A DNA stretch of 64,000 bases from the human T2T-CHM13v2.0 reference genome, Homo sapiens: the NCBI RefSeq assembly GCF_009914755.1, contig NC_060934.1; one strand, 5' to 3'. Each line of letters starts with the position of its first letter. Position 1 is the stretch's first letter. Shown piece by piece: positions 23,083 to 36,200 of this stretch. The position numbers and the translations under genes were made by a program. The notes beneath the pieces were generated by a model. It did not search any database and had not been told where the DNA came from. It saw only the letters and a list, made by a program, of their open reading frames with translations.

Positions 23083-26000
23083 CTTCCTTGGAAACGGGAT
23101 TTCTTCATATAATGCTAGACAGAAGAATTCTCAGTCACTTCTTTGTGTTGTGTGTATTCAAGTCACAGAGTTGAACCTTCCTTTAGACAGAGCAGTTTTG
23201 AAAAATTCTTTCTGTGGAGTTTGCAAGTGGAGATTTCAAGCGATTTGAGGCTAATCTTTGAAATGGAAATATCTTCGTGTAAAAACTACACAGAATCATT
23301 CTCAGAAACTGCTTTGTCATCTGTGCGTTCAGTTCACAGAGTTTCACCTTTCTCTTCATAGAGCAGTTTGGAAAGACTCTGTCTGTAAAGTCTGCAAGTG
23401 ATTAGTTAGACCCCTTTGAGGCCTTCGTTGGAAGCGGGATTTCTCATTTACTGCTAGACAGAAGAATTCTCAGTAAATCCTTTGTGTTGTGTGTATTCAA
23501 CTCACAGAGTGGAACCTTCCTTTATTCAGAGCAGTTTTGAAAAACACTTTTTGTGGAATTTGCAAGTGGAGATTTCAAGCGATTTGACGCCAATCTTAGA
23601 CATGGAAATATCTTCATATTAAAAGTACACAGAGTCATTCGTAGAAACTAGTTTGTGATGTGTGCCTTCAACTCACAGAGTTTAACCTTTCTTTTCATAG
23701 AGCAGTTTGGAAACACTCTATTTGTAAAGTCTGCAAGTGGATATTTGGACCTCTTTGAGGCCTTCGTTGGAAACGGGATTTCTTCATACAACGCTAGACA
23801 GAAGAATTCTCAGTAACTTCTTTGTGTTGTGTGTATTCAACTCACAGAGTTGAACCTTTCTTTAGAGAGAGCAGAGTTGAAACACTCTGTTTTTGGAATT
23901 TGCAAGTGCAGATTTCAAGCGATTCTAGGCCTATGGCAGAAAAGGAAATATCTTCGTATAAAAACTACACAGAATCATTCTCAACAACTACTTTGTGATG
24001 TGTGCGTTCAACTCACAGAGTTTAAACTTTCTTTTCATAGAGCAGTTTGGAAACACTCTGTTTGTAAAGCCTGCAAGTGCTTTTTTGGACTTCATTGAGG
24101 CCTTCTTTGGAAACGGGATTTCTTCATATAATGCTAGACAGAAGAATTCTCAGTCACTTCTTTGTGTTGTGTGTATTCAAGTCACAGAGTTGAACCTTCC
24201 TTTAGACAGAGCAGTTTTGAAAAATTCTTTCTGTGGAATTTGCAAGTGGAGATTTCAAGCGATTTGAGGCTAATCTTTGAAATGGAAATATCTTCGTGTA
24301 AAAACTACACAGAATCATTCTCAGAAACTGCTTTGTCATCTGTGCGTTCAGTTCACAGAGTTTCACCTTTCTCTTCATAGAGCAGTTTGGAAAGACTCTG
24401 TCTGTAAAGTCTGCAAGTGATTAGTTAGACCTTTTTGAGGCCTTCGTTGGAAGCGGGATTTCTCATTTACTGCTAGACAGAAGAATTCTCAGTAAATCCT
24501 TTGTGTTGTGTGTATTCAACTCACAGAGTGGAACCTTCCTTTATTCAGAGCAGTTTTGAAACACTCTTTTTGTGGAATTTGCAAGTGGAGATTTCAAGCG
24601 ATTTGACGCCAATCTTAGACATGGAAATATCTTCATATTAAAAGTACACAGAGTCATTCGTAGAAACTAGTTTGTGATGTGTGCCTTCAACTCACAGAGT
24701 TTAACCTTTCTTTTCATAGAGCAGTTGGGAAACACTCTATTTGTAAAGTCTGCAAGTGGATATTTGGACCTCTTTGAGGCCTTCGTTGGAAACGGGATTT
24801 CTTCATATAACGCTAGACAGAAGAATTCTCAGTAACTTCTTTGTGTTGTGTGTATTCAACTCACAGAGTTGAACCTTTCTTTAGAGGGAGCAGAGGTGAA
24901 ACAGTCTTTTTGTGGAATTTGCTAGTGTAGATTTCAAACGCTTCGAAGTCAGTGATAGAAAAGGATATATCTTCGTATTAAAAGTAGACAAAATCATTCT
25001 CAGAAAACTCTTTGTGATGTGTGTGTTCAACTCACAGAGTTTAACCTTTATTTAATCGAGCAGTTTGGAAATACACTCTTTGTAAGTCTGCAGGTGGATA
25101 TTTGGCCCTCTTTGAGCCCTTCTTTGGAAACGGGATTTCCTCTTTTAATGCTAGACAGAAGAATTCTCAGTAACTTCTCTGTGTTGTTTGTATTCAACAC
25201 ACAGATTTGAACCTTCCTTTAGAGAGAGCAGATTTGAATCACTCTGTTTTTGGAATTTGCAAGTGCAGATTTCAAGCACTTCTAGGCCTAGGGCAGAAAA
25301 GGAAATATCTTCGTATAAAAACTACACAGAATCATTCTCAACAACTACTTTGTGATGTGTGCGTTCAACTCACAGAGTTTAACCTTTCTTTTCATAGAGC
25401 AGTTTGGAAACACTCTGTTTGTAAAGCCTGCAAGTGCTTTTTTGGACTTCATTGAGGCCTTCGTTGGAAACGGGATTTCTTCATATAATGCTAGACAGAA
25501 GAATTCTCAGTCACTTCTTTGTGTTGTGTGTATTCAGGTCACAGAGTTGAACCTTCCTTTAGACAGAGCAGTTTTGAAAAATTCTTTCTGTGGAGTTTGC
25601 AAGTGGAGATTTCCAGCGATTTGAGGCTAATCTTTGAAATGGAAATATCTTCGTGTAAAAACTACACAGAATCATTCTCAGAAACTGCTTTGTTATCTGT
25701 GCGTTCAGTTCACAGAGTTTCACCTTTCTCTTCATAGAGCAGTTTGGAAAGACTCTGTCTGTAAAGTCTGCAAGTGATTAGTTAGACCCCTTTGAGGCCT
25801 TCGTTGGAAGCGGGATTTCTCATTTACTGCTAGACAGAAGAATTCTCAGTAAATCCTTTGTGTTGTGTGTATTCAACTCACAGAGTGGAACCTTCCTTTA
25901 TTCAGAGCAGTTTTGAAAAACACTTTTTGTGGAATTTGCAAGTGGAGATTTCAAGCGATTTGACGCCAATCTTAGACATGGAAATATCTTCATATTAAAA

Positions 26001-28174
26001 GTACACAGAGTCATTCGTAGAAACTAGTTTGTGATGTGTGCCTTCAACTCACAGAGTTTAACCTTTCTTTTCATAGAGCAGTTTGGAAACACTCTATTTG
26101 TAAAGTCTGCAAGTGGATATTTGGACCTCTTTGAGGCCTTCGTTGGAAACGGGATTTCTTCATACAACGCTAGACAGAAGAATTCTCAGTAACTTCTTTG
26201 TGTTGTGTGTATTCAACTCACAGAGTTGAACCTTTCTTTAGAGAGAGCAGAGTTGAAACACTCTGTTTTTGGAATTTGCAAGTGCAGATTTCAAGCGATT
26301 CTAGGCCTATGGCAGAAAAGGAAATATCTTCGTATAAAAACTACACAGAATCATTCTCAACAACTACTTTGTGATGTGTGCGTTCAACTCACAGAGTTTA
26401 ACCTTTCTTTTCATAGAGCAGTTTGGAAACACTCTGTTTGTAAAGCCTGCAAGTGCTTTTTTGGACTTCATTGAGGCCTTCGTTGGAAACGGGATTTCTT
26501 CATATAATGCTAGACAGAAGAATTCTCAGTCACTTCTTTGTGTTGTGTGTATTCAAGTCACAGAGTTGAACCTTCCTTTAGACAGAGCAGTTTTGAAAAA
26601 TTCTTTCTGTGGAGTTTGCAAGTGGAGATTTCCAGCGATTTGAGGCTAATCTTTGAAATGGAAATATCTTCGTGTAAAAACTACACAGAATCATTCTCAG
26701 AAACTGCTTTGTCATCTGTGTGTTCAGTTCACAGAGTTTCACCTTTCTCTTCATAGAGCAGTTTGGAAAGACTCTGTCTGTAAAGTCTGCAAGTGATTAG
26801 TTAGAACCCTTTGAGGCCTTCGTTGGAAGCGGGATTTCTCATTTACTGCTAGACAGAAGAATTCTCAGTAAATCCTTTGTGTTGTGTGTATTCAACTCAC
26901 AGAGTGGAACCTTCCTTTATTCAGAGCAGTTTTGAAACACTCTTTTTGTGGAATTTGCAAGTGGAGATTTCAAGCGATTTGACGCCAATCTTAGACATGG
27001 AAATATCTTCATATTAAAAGTACACAGAGTCATTCGTAGAAACTAGTTTGTGATGTGTGCCTTCAACTCACAGGGTTTAACCTTTCTTTTCATAGAGCAG
27101 TTGGGAAACACTCTATTTGTAAAGTCTGCAAGTGGATATTTGGACCTCTTTGAGGCCTTCGTTGGAAACGGGATTTCTTCATATAATGCTAGACAGAAGA
27201 ATTCTCAGTAACTTCTTTGTGTTGTGTGTATTCAACTCACAGAGTTGAACCTTTCTTTAGAGGGAGCAGAGGTGAAACACTCTTTTTGTGGAATTTGCTA
27301 GTGTAGATTTCAAACGCTTCGAAGACAGTGATAGAAAAGGATATATCTTCGTATTAAAAGTAGACAAAATCATTCTCAGAAAACTCTTTGTGATGTGTGC
27401 GTTCAACTCACAGAGTTTAACCTTTCTTTAATCGAGCAGTTTGGAAATACACTCTTTGTAAGTCTGCAGGTGGATATTTGGCCCTCTTTGAGCCCTTCGT
27501 TGGAAACGGGATTTCCTCATATAATGCTAGACAGAAGAATTCTCAGTAACTTCTTTGTGTTGTTTGTATTCAACACACAGATTTGAACCTTCCTTTAGAG
27601 AGAGCAGATTTGAAACACTCTGTTTTTGGAATTTGCAAGTGCAGATTTCAAGCGCTTCTAGGCCTATGGCAGAAAAGGAAATATCTTCGTATAAAAACTA
27701 CACAGAATTATTCTCAACAACTACTTTGTGATGTGTGCGTTCAACTCACAGAGGTTAACCTTTCTTTTCATAGAGCAGTTTGGAAACACTCTGTTTGTAA
27801 AGCCTGCAAGTGCTTTTTTGGACTTCATTGAGGCCTTCGTTGGAAACGGGATTTCTTCATACAACGCTAGACAGAAGAATTCTCAGTAACTACTTTGTGT
27901 TGTGTGTATTCAACTCACAGAGTTGAACCTTTCTTTAGAGAGAACAGAGTTGAAACACTCTGTTTTTGGAATTTGCAAGTGCAGATTTCAAGCGCTTCTA
28001 GGCCTATGGCAGAAAAGGAAATATCTTCGTATAAAAACTACACAGAATCATTCTCAACAACTACTTTGTGATGTGTGCATTCAACTCACAGAGTTTAACC
28101 TTTCTTTTCATAGAGCAGTTTGGAAACACTCTGTTTGTAAAGCCTGCAAGTGCTTTTTTGGACTTCATTGAGGC

Positions 28175-31100
28175 CTTCGTTGGAAACGGGATTTCTTCAT
28201 ATAATGCTAGACAGAAGAATTCTCAGTCACTGCTTTGTGTTGTGTGTATTCAAGTCACAGAGTTGAACCTTCCTTTAGACAGAGCAGTTTTGAAAAATTC
28301 TTTCTGTGGAGTTTGCAAGTGGAGATTTCAAGCGATTTGAGGCTAATCTTTGAAATGGAAATATCTTCGTGTAAAAACTACACAGAATCATTCTCAGAAA
28401 CTGGTTTGTCATCTGTGCGTTCAGTTCACAGAGTTTCACCTTTCTCTTCATAGAGCAGTTTGGAAAACTCTGTCTGTAAAGTCTGCAAGTGATTAGTTAG
28501 ACCCCTTTGAGGCCTTCCTTGGAAGCGGGATTTCTCATTTACTGCTAGACAGAAGAATTCTCAGTAAATCCTTTGTGTTGTGTGTATTCAACTCACAGAG
28601 TGGAACCTTCCTTTATTCAGAGCAGTTTTGAAAAACACTTTTTGTGGAATTTGCAAGTGGAGATTTCAAGCGATTTGACGCCAATCTTAGACATGGAAAT
28701 ATCTTCATATTAAAAGTACACAGAGTCATTCATAGAAACTAGTTTGTGATGTGTGCCTTCAACTCACAGAGTTTAACCTTTCTTTTCATAGAGCAGTTTG
28801 GAAACACTCTATTTGTAAAGTCTGCAAGTGGATATTTGGACCTCTTTGAGGCCTTCGTTGGAAACGGGATTTCTTCATACAACGCTAGACAGAAGAATTC
28901 TCAGTAACTTCTTTGTGTTGTGTGTATTCAACTCACAGAGTTGAACCTTTCTTTAGAGAGAGCAGAGTTGAAACACTCTGTTTTTGGAATTTGCAACTGC
29001 AGATTTCAAGCGATTCTAGGCCTATGGCAGAAAAGGAAATATCTTCGTATAAAAACTACACAGAATCATTCTCAACAACTACTTTGTGATGTGTGCGTTC
29101 AACTCACAGAGTTTAACCTTTCTTTTCATAGAGCAGTTTGGAAACACTCTGTTTGTAAAGCCTGCAAGTGCTTTTTTGGACTTCATTGAGGCCTTCGTTG
29201 GAAACGGGATTTCTTCATATAATGCTATACAGAAGAATTCTCAGTCACTTCTTTGTGTTGTGTGTATTCAAGTCACAGAGTTGAACCTTCCTTTAGACAG
29301 AGCAGTTTTGAAAAATTCTTTCTGTGGAGTTTGCAAGTGGAGATTTCCAGCGATTTGAGGCTAATCTTTGAAATGGAAATATCTTCGTGTAAAAACTACA
29401 CAGAATCATTCTCAGAAACTGCTTTGTCATCTGTGCGTTCAGTTCACAGAGTTTCACCTTTCTCTTCATAGAGCAGTTTGGAAAGACTCTGTCTGTAAAG
29501 TCTGCAAGTGATTAGTTAGACCCCTTTGAGGCCTTCGTTGGAAGCGGGATTTCTCATTTACTGCTAGACAGAAGAATTCTCAGTAAATCCTTTGTGTTGT
29601 GTGTATTCAACTCACAGAGTGGAACCTTCCTTTATTCAGAGCAGTTTTGAAAAACACTTTTTGTGGAATTTGCAAGTGGAGATTTCAAGCGATTTGACGC
29701 CAATCTTAGACATGGAAATATCTTCATATTAAAAGTACACAGAGTCATTCGTAGAAACTAGTTTGTGATGTGTGCCTTCAACTCACAGAGTTTAACCTTT
29801 CTTTTCATAGAGCAGTTTGGAAACACTCTATTTGTAAAGTCTGCAAGTGGATATTTGGACCTCTTTGAGGCCTTCGTTGGAAACGGGATTTCTTCATACA
29901 ACGCTAGACAGAAGAATTCTCAGTAACTTCTTTGTGTTGTGTGTATTCAACTCACAGAGTTGAACCTTTCTTTAGAGAGAGCAGAGTTGAAACACTCTGT
30001 TTTTGGAATTTGCAACTGCAGATTTCAAGCGATTCTAGGCCTATGGCAGAAAAGGAAATATCTTCGTATAAAAACTACACAGAATCATTCTCAACAACTA
30101 CTTTGTGATGTGTGCGTTCAACTCACAGAGTTTAACCTTTCTTTTCATAGAGCAGTTTGGAAACACTCTGTTTGTAAAGCCTGCAAGTGCTTTTTTGGAC
30201 TTCATTGAGGCCTTCGTTGGAAACGGGATTTCTTCATATAATGCTAGACAGAAGAATTCTCAGTCACTGCTTTGTGTTGTGTGTATTCAAGTCACAGAGT
30301 TGAACCTTCCTTTAGACAGAGCAGTTTTGAAAAATTCTTTCTGTGGAGTTTGCAAGTGGAGATTTCAAGCGATTTGAGGCTAATCTTTGAAATGGAAATA
30401 TCTTCGTGTAAAAACTACACAGAATCATTCTCAGAAACTGCTTTGTCATCTGTGCGTTCAGTTCACAGAGTTTCACCTTTCTCTTCATAGAGCAGTTTGG
30501 AAGGACTCTGTCTGTAAAGTCTGCAAGTGATTAGTTAGACCCCTTTGAGGCCTTCGTTGGAAGCGGGATTTCTCATTTACTGCTAGACAGAAGAATTCTC
30601 AGTAAATCCTTTGTGTTGTGTGTATTCAACTCACAGAGTGGAACCTTCCTTTATTCAGAGCAGTTTTGAAAAACACTTTTTGTGGAATTTGCAAGTGGAG
30701 ATTTCAAGCGATTTGACGCCAATCTTAGACATGGAAATATCTTCATATTAAAAGTACACAGAGTCATTCGTAGAAACTAGTTTGTGATGTGTGCCTTCAA
30801 CTCACAGAGTTTAACCTTTCTTTTCATAGAGCAGTGTGGAAACACTCTATTTGTAAAGTCTGCAAGTGGATATTTGGACCTCTTTGAGGCATTCGTTGGA
30901 AACGGGATTTCTTCATACAACGCTAGACAGAAGAATTCTCAGTAACTTCTTTGTGTTGTGTGTATTCAACTCACAGAGTTGAACCTTTCTTTAGAGAGAG
31001 CAGAGTTGAAACACTCTGTTTTTGGAATTTGCAAGTGCAGATTTCAAGCGATTCTAGGCCTATGGCAGAAAAGGAAATATCTTCGTATAAAAACTACACA

Positions 31101-33268
31101 GAATCATTCTCAACAACTACTTTGTGATGTGTGCGTTCAACTCACAGAGTTTAACCTTTCTTTTCATAGAGCAGTTTGGAAACACTCTGTTTGTAAAGCC
31201 TGCAAGTGCTTTTTTGGACTTCATTGAGGCCTTTGTTGGAAACGGGATTTCTTCATATAATGCTAGACAGAAGAATTCTCAGTCACTTCTTTGTGTTGTG
31301 TGTATTCAAGTCACAGAGTTGAACCTTCCTTTAGACAGAGCAGTTTTGAAAAATTCTTTCTGTGGAGTTTGCAAGTGGAGATTTCCAGCGATTTGAGGCT
31401 AATCTTTGAAATGGAAATATCTTCGTGTAAAAACTACACAGAATCATTCTCAGAAACTGCTTTGTCATCTGTGCGTTCAGTTCACAGAGTTTCACCTTTC
31501 TCTTCATAGAGCAGTTTGGAAAGACTCTGTCTGTAAAGTCTGCAAGTGATTAGTTAGACCCCTTTGAGGCCTTCGTTGGAAGCGGGATTTCTCATTTACT
31601 GCTAGACAGAAGAATTCTCAGTAAATCCTTTGTGTTGTGTGTATTCAACTCACAGAGTGGAACCTTCCTTTATTCAGAGCAGTTTTGAAAAACACTTTTT
31701 GTGGAATTTGCAAGTGGAGATTTCAAGCGATTTGACGCCAATCTTAGACATGGAAATATCTTCATATTAAAAGTACACAGAGTCATTCGTAGAAACTAGT
31801 TTGTGATGTGTGCCTTCAACTCACAGAGTTTAACCTTTCTTTTCATAGAGCAGTTTGGAAACACTCTATTTGTAAAGTCTGCAAGTGGATATTTGGACCT
31901 CTTTGAGGCCTTCGTTGGAAACGGGATTTCTTCATACAACGCTAGACAGAAGAATTCTCAGTAACTTCTTTGTGTTGTGTGTATTCAACTCACAGAGTTG
32001 AACCTTTCTTTAGAGAGAGCAGAGTTGAAACACTCTGTTTTTGGAATTTGCAACTGCAGATTTCAAGCGATTCTAGGCCTATGGCAGAAAAGGAAATATC
32101 TTCGTATAAAAACTACACAGAATCATTCTCAACAACTACTTTGTGATGTGTGCGTTCAACTCACAGAGTTTAACCTTTCTTTTCATAGAGCAGTTTGGAA
32201 ACACTCTGTTTGTAAAGCCTGCAAGTGCTTTTTTGGACTTCATTGAGGCCTTCGTTGGAAACGGGATTTCTTCATATAATGCTAGACAGAAGAATTCTCA
32301 GTCACTTCTTTGTGTTGTGTGTATTCAAGTCACAGAGTTGAACCTTCCTTTAGACAGAGCAGTTTTGAAAAATTCTTTCTGTGGAGTTTGCAAGTGGAGA
32401 TTTCCAGCGATTTGAGGCTAATCTTTGAAATGGAAATATCTTCGTGTAAAAACTACACAGAATCATTCTCAGAAACTGCTTTGTCATCTGTGCGTTCAGT
32501 TCACAGAGTTTCACCTTTCTCTTCATAGAGCAGTTTGGAAAGACTCTGTCTGTACAGTCTGCAAGTGATTAGTTAGACCCCTTTGAGGCCTTCGTTGGAA
32601 GCGGGATTTCTCATTTACTGCTAGACAGAAGAATTCTCAGTAAATCCTTTGTGTTGTGTGTATTCAACTCACAGAGTGGAACCTTCCTTTATTCAGAGCA
32701 GTTTTGAAAAACACTTTTTGTGGAATTTGCAAGTGGAGATTTCAAGCGATTTGACGCCAATCTTAGACATGGAAATATCTTCATATTAAAAGTACACAGA
32801 GTCATTCGTAGAAACTAGTTTGTGATGTGTGCCTTCAACTCACAGAGTTTAACCTTTCTTTTCATAGAGCAGTTTGGAAACACTCTATTTGTAAAGTCTG
32901 CAAGTGGATATTTGGACCTCTTTGAGGCCTTCGTTGGAAACGGGATTTCTTCATACAACGCTAGACAGAAGAATTCTCAGTAACTTCTTTGTGTTGTGTG
33001 TATTCAACTCACAGAGTTGAACCTTTCTTTAGAGAGAGCAGAGTTGAAACACTCTGTTTTTGGAATTTGCAACTGCAGATTTCAAGCGATTCTAGGCCTA
33101 TGGCAGAAAAGGAAATATCTTCGTATAAAAACTACACAGAATCATTCTCAACAACTACTTTGTGATGTGTGCGTTCAACTCACAGAGTTTAACCTTTCTT
33201 TTCATAGAGCAGTTTGGAAACACTCTGTTTGTAAAGCCTGCAAGTGCTTTTTTGGACTTCATTGAGGC
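28175..33268 (+). repeat. Run of five tandem 6-mers
   Basis: A-dimer spacings are 1018, 1019, 1019, 1019 and 1019. Confidence 0.95.
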
Positions 33269-36200
33269 CTTCGTTGGAAACGGGATTTCTTCATATAATT
33301 CTAGACAGAAGAATTCTCAGTCACATCTTTGTGTTGTGTGTATTCAAGTCACAGAGTTGAACCTTCCTTTAGACAGAGCAGTTTTGAAAAATTCTTTCTG
33401 TGGAGTTTGCAAGTGGAGATTTCAAGCGATTTGAGGCTAATCTTTGAAATGGAAATATCTTCGTGTAAAAACTACACAGAATCATTCTCAGAAACTGCTT
33501 TGTCATCTGTGCGTTCAGTTCACAGAGTTTCACCTTTCTCTTCATAGAGCAGTTTGGAAAGACTCTGTCTGTAAAGTCTGCAAGTGATTAGTTAGACCCC
33601 TTTGAGGCCTTCGTTGGAAGCGGGATTTCTCATTTACTGCTAGACAGAAGAATTCTCAGTAAATCCTTTGTGTTGTGTGTATTCAACTCACAGAGTGGAA
33701 CCTTCCTTTATTCAGAGCAGTTTTGAAACACTCTTTTTGTGGAATTTGCAAGTGGAGATTTCAAGCGATTTGACGCCAATCTTAGACATGGAAATATCTT
33801 CATATTAAAAGTACACAGAGTCATTCGTAGAAACTAGTTTGTGATGTGTGCCTTCAACTCACAGAGTTTAACCTTTCTTTTCATAGAGCAGTTGGGAAAC
33901 ACTCTATTTGTAAAGTCTGCAAGTGGATATTTGGACCTCTTTGAGGCCTTCGTTGGAAACGGGATTTCTTCATATAACGCTAGACAGAAGAATTCTCAGT
34001 AACTTCTTTGTGTTGTGTGTATTCAACTCACAGAGTTGAACCTTTCTTTAGAGGGAGCAGAGGTGAAACAGTCTTTTTGTGGAATTTGCTAGTGTAGATT
34101 TCAAACGCTTCGAAGTCAGTGATAGAAAAGGATATATCTTCGTATTAAAAGTAGACAAAATCATTCTCAGAAAACTCTTTGTGATGTGTGTGTTCAACTC
34201 ACAGAGTTTAACCTTTCTTTAATCGAGCAGTTTGGAAATACACTCTTTGTAAGTCTGCAGGTGGATATTTGGCCCTCTTTGAGCCCTTCTTTGGAAACGG
34301 GATTTCCTCTTATAATGCTAGACAGAAGAATTCTCAGTAACTTCTCTGTGTTGTTTGTATTCAACACACAGATTTGAACCTTCCTTTGGAGAGAACAGAT
34401 TTGAAACACTCTGTTTTTGGAATTTGCAAGTGCAGATTTCAAGCGCTTCTAGGCCTATGGCAGAAAAGGAAATATCTTCGTATAAAAACTACACAGAATC
34501 ATTCTCAACAACTACTTTGTGATGTGTGCGTTCAACTCACAGAGTTTAACCTTTCTTTTCATAGAGCAGTTTGGAAACACTCTGTTTGTAAAGCCTGCAA
34601 GTGCTTTTTTCGACTTCATTGAGGCCTTCGTTGGAAACGGGATTTCTTCATACAACGCTAGACAGAAGAATTCTCAGTAACTTCTTTGTGTTGTGTGTAT
34701 TGAACTCACAGAGTTGAACCTTTCTTTAGAGAGAGCAGAGTTGAAACACTCTGTTTTTGGAATTTGCAAGTGCAGATTTCAAGCGATTCTAGGCCTATGG
34801 CAGAAAAGGAAATATCTTCGTATAAAAACTACACAGAATCATTCTCAACAACTACTTTGTGATGTGTGCGTTCAACTCACAGAGTTTAACCTTTCTTTTC
34901 ATAGAGCAGTTTGGAAACACTCTGTTTGTAAAGCCTGCAAGTGCTTTTTTGGACTTCATTGAGGCCTTCTTTGGAAACGGGATTTCTTCATATAATGCTA
35001 GACAGAAGAATTCTCAGTCACTTCTTTGTGTTGTGTGTATTCAAGTCACAGAGTTGAACCTTCCTTTAGACAGAGCAGTTTTGAAAAATTCTTTCTGTGG
35101 AGTTTGCAAGTGGAGATTTCCAGCGATTTGAGGCTAATCTTTGAAATGGAAATATCTTCGTGTAAAAACTACACAGAATCATTCTCAGAAACTGCTTTGT
35201 CATCTGTGCGTTCAGTTCACAGAGTTTCACCTTTCTCTTCATAGAGCAGTTTGGAAAGACTCTGTCTGTAAAGTCTGCAAGTGATTAGTTAGAACCCTTT
35301 GAGGCCTTCGTTGGAAGCGGGATTTCTCATTTACTGCTAGACAGAAGAATTCTCAGTAAATCCTTTGTGTTGTGTGTATTCAACTCACAGAGTGGAACCT
35401 TCCTTTATTCAGAGCAGTTTTGAAACACTCTTTTTGTGGAATTTGCAAGTGGAGATTTCAAGCGATTTGACGCCAATCTTAGACATGGAAATATCTTCAT
35501 ATTAAAAGTACACAGAGTCATTCGTAGAAACTAGTTTGTGATGTGTGCCTTCAACTCACAGAGTTTAACCTTTCTTTTCATAGAGCAGTTTGGAAACACT
35601 CTATTTGTAAAGTCTGCAAGTGGATATTTGGACCTCTTTGAGGCCTTCGTTGGAAACGGGATTTCTTCATACAACGCTAGACAGAAGAATTCTCAGTAAC
35701 TTCTTTGTGTTGTGTGTATTCAACTCACAGAGTTGAACCTTTCTTTAGAGAGAGCAGAGTTGAAACACTCTGTTTTTGGAATTTGCAACTGCAGATTTCA
35801 AGCGATTCTAGGCCTATGGCAGAAAAGGAAATATCTTCGTATAAAAACTACACAGAATCATTCTCAACAACTACTTTGTGATGTGTGCGTTCAACTCACA
35901 GAGTTTAACCTTTCTTTTCATAGAGCAGTTTGGAAACACTCTGTTTGTAAAGCCTGCAAGTGCTTTTTTGGACTTCATTGAGGCCTTCGTTGGAAACAGG
36001 ATTTCTTCATATAATGCTAGACAGAAGAATTCTCAGTCACTTCTTTGTGTTGTGTGTATTCAAGTCACAGAGTTGAACCTTCCTTTAGACAGAGCAGTTT
36101 TGAGAAATTCTTTCTGTGGAATTTGCAAGTGGAGATTTCAAGCGATTTGAGGCTAATCTTTGAAATGGAAATATCTTCGTGTAAAAACTACACAGAATCA

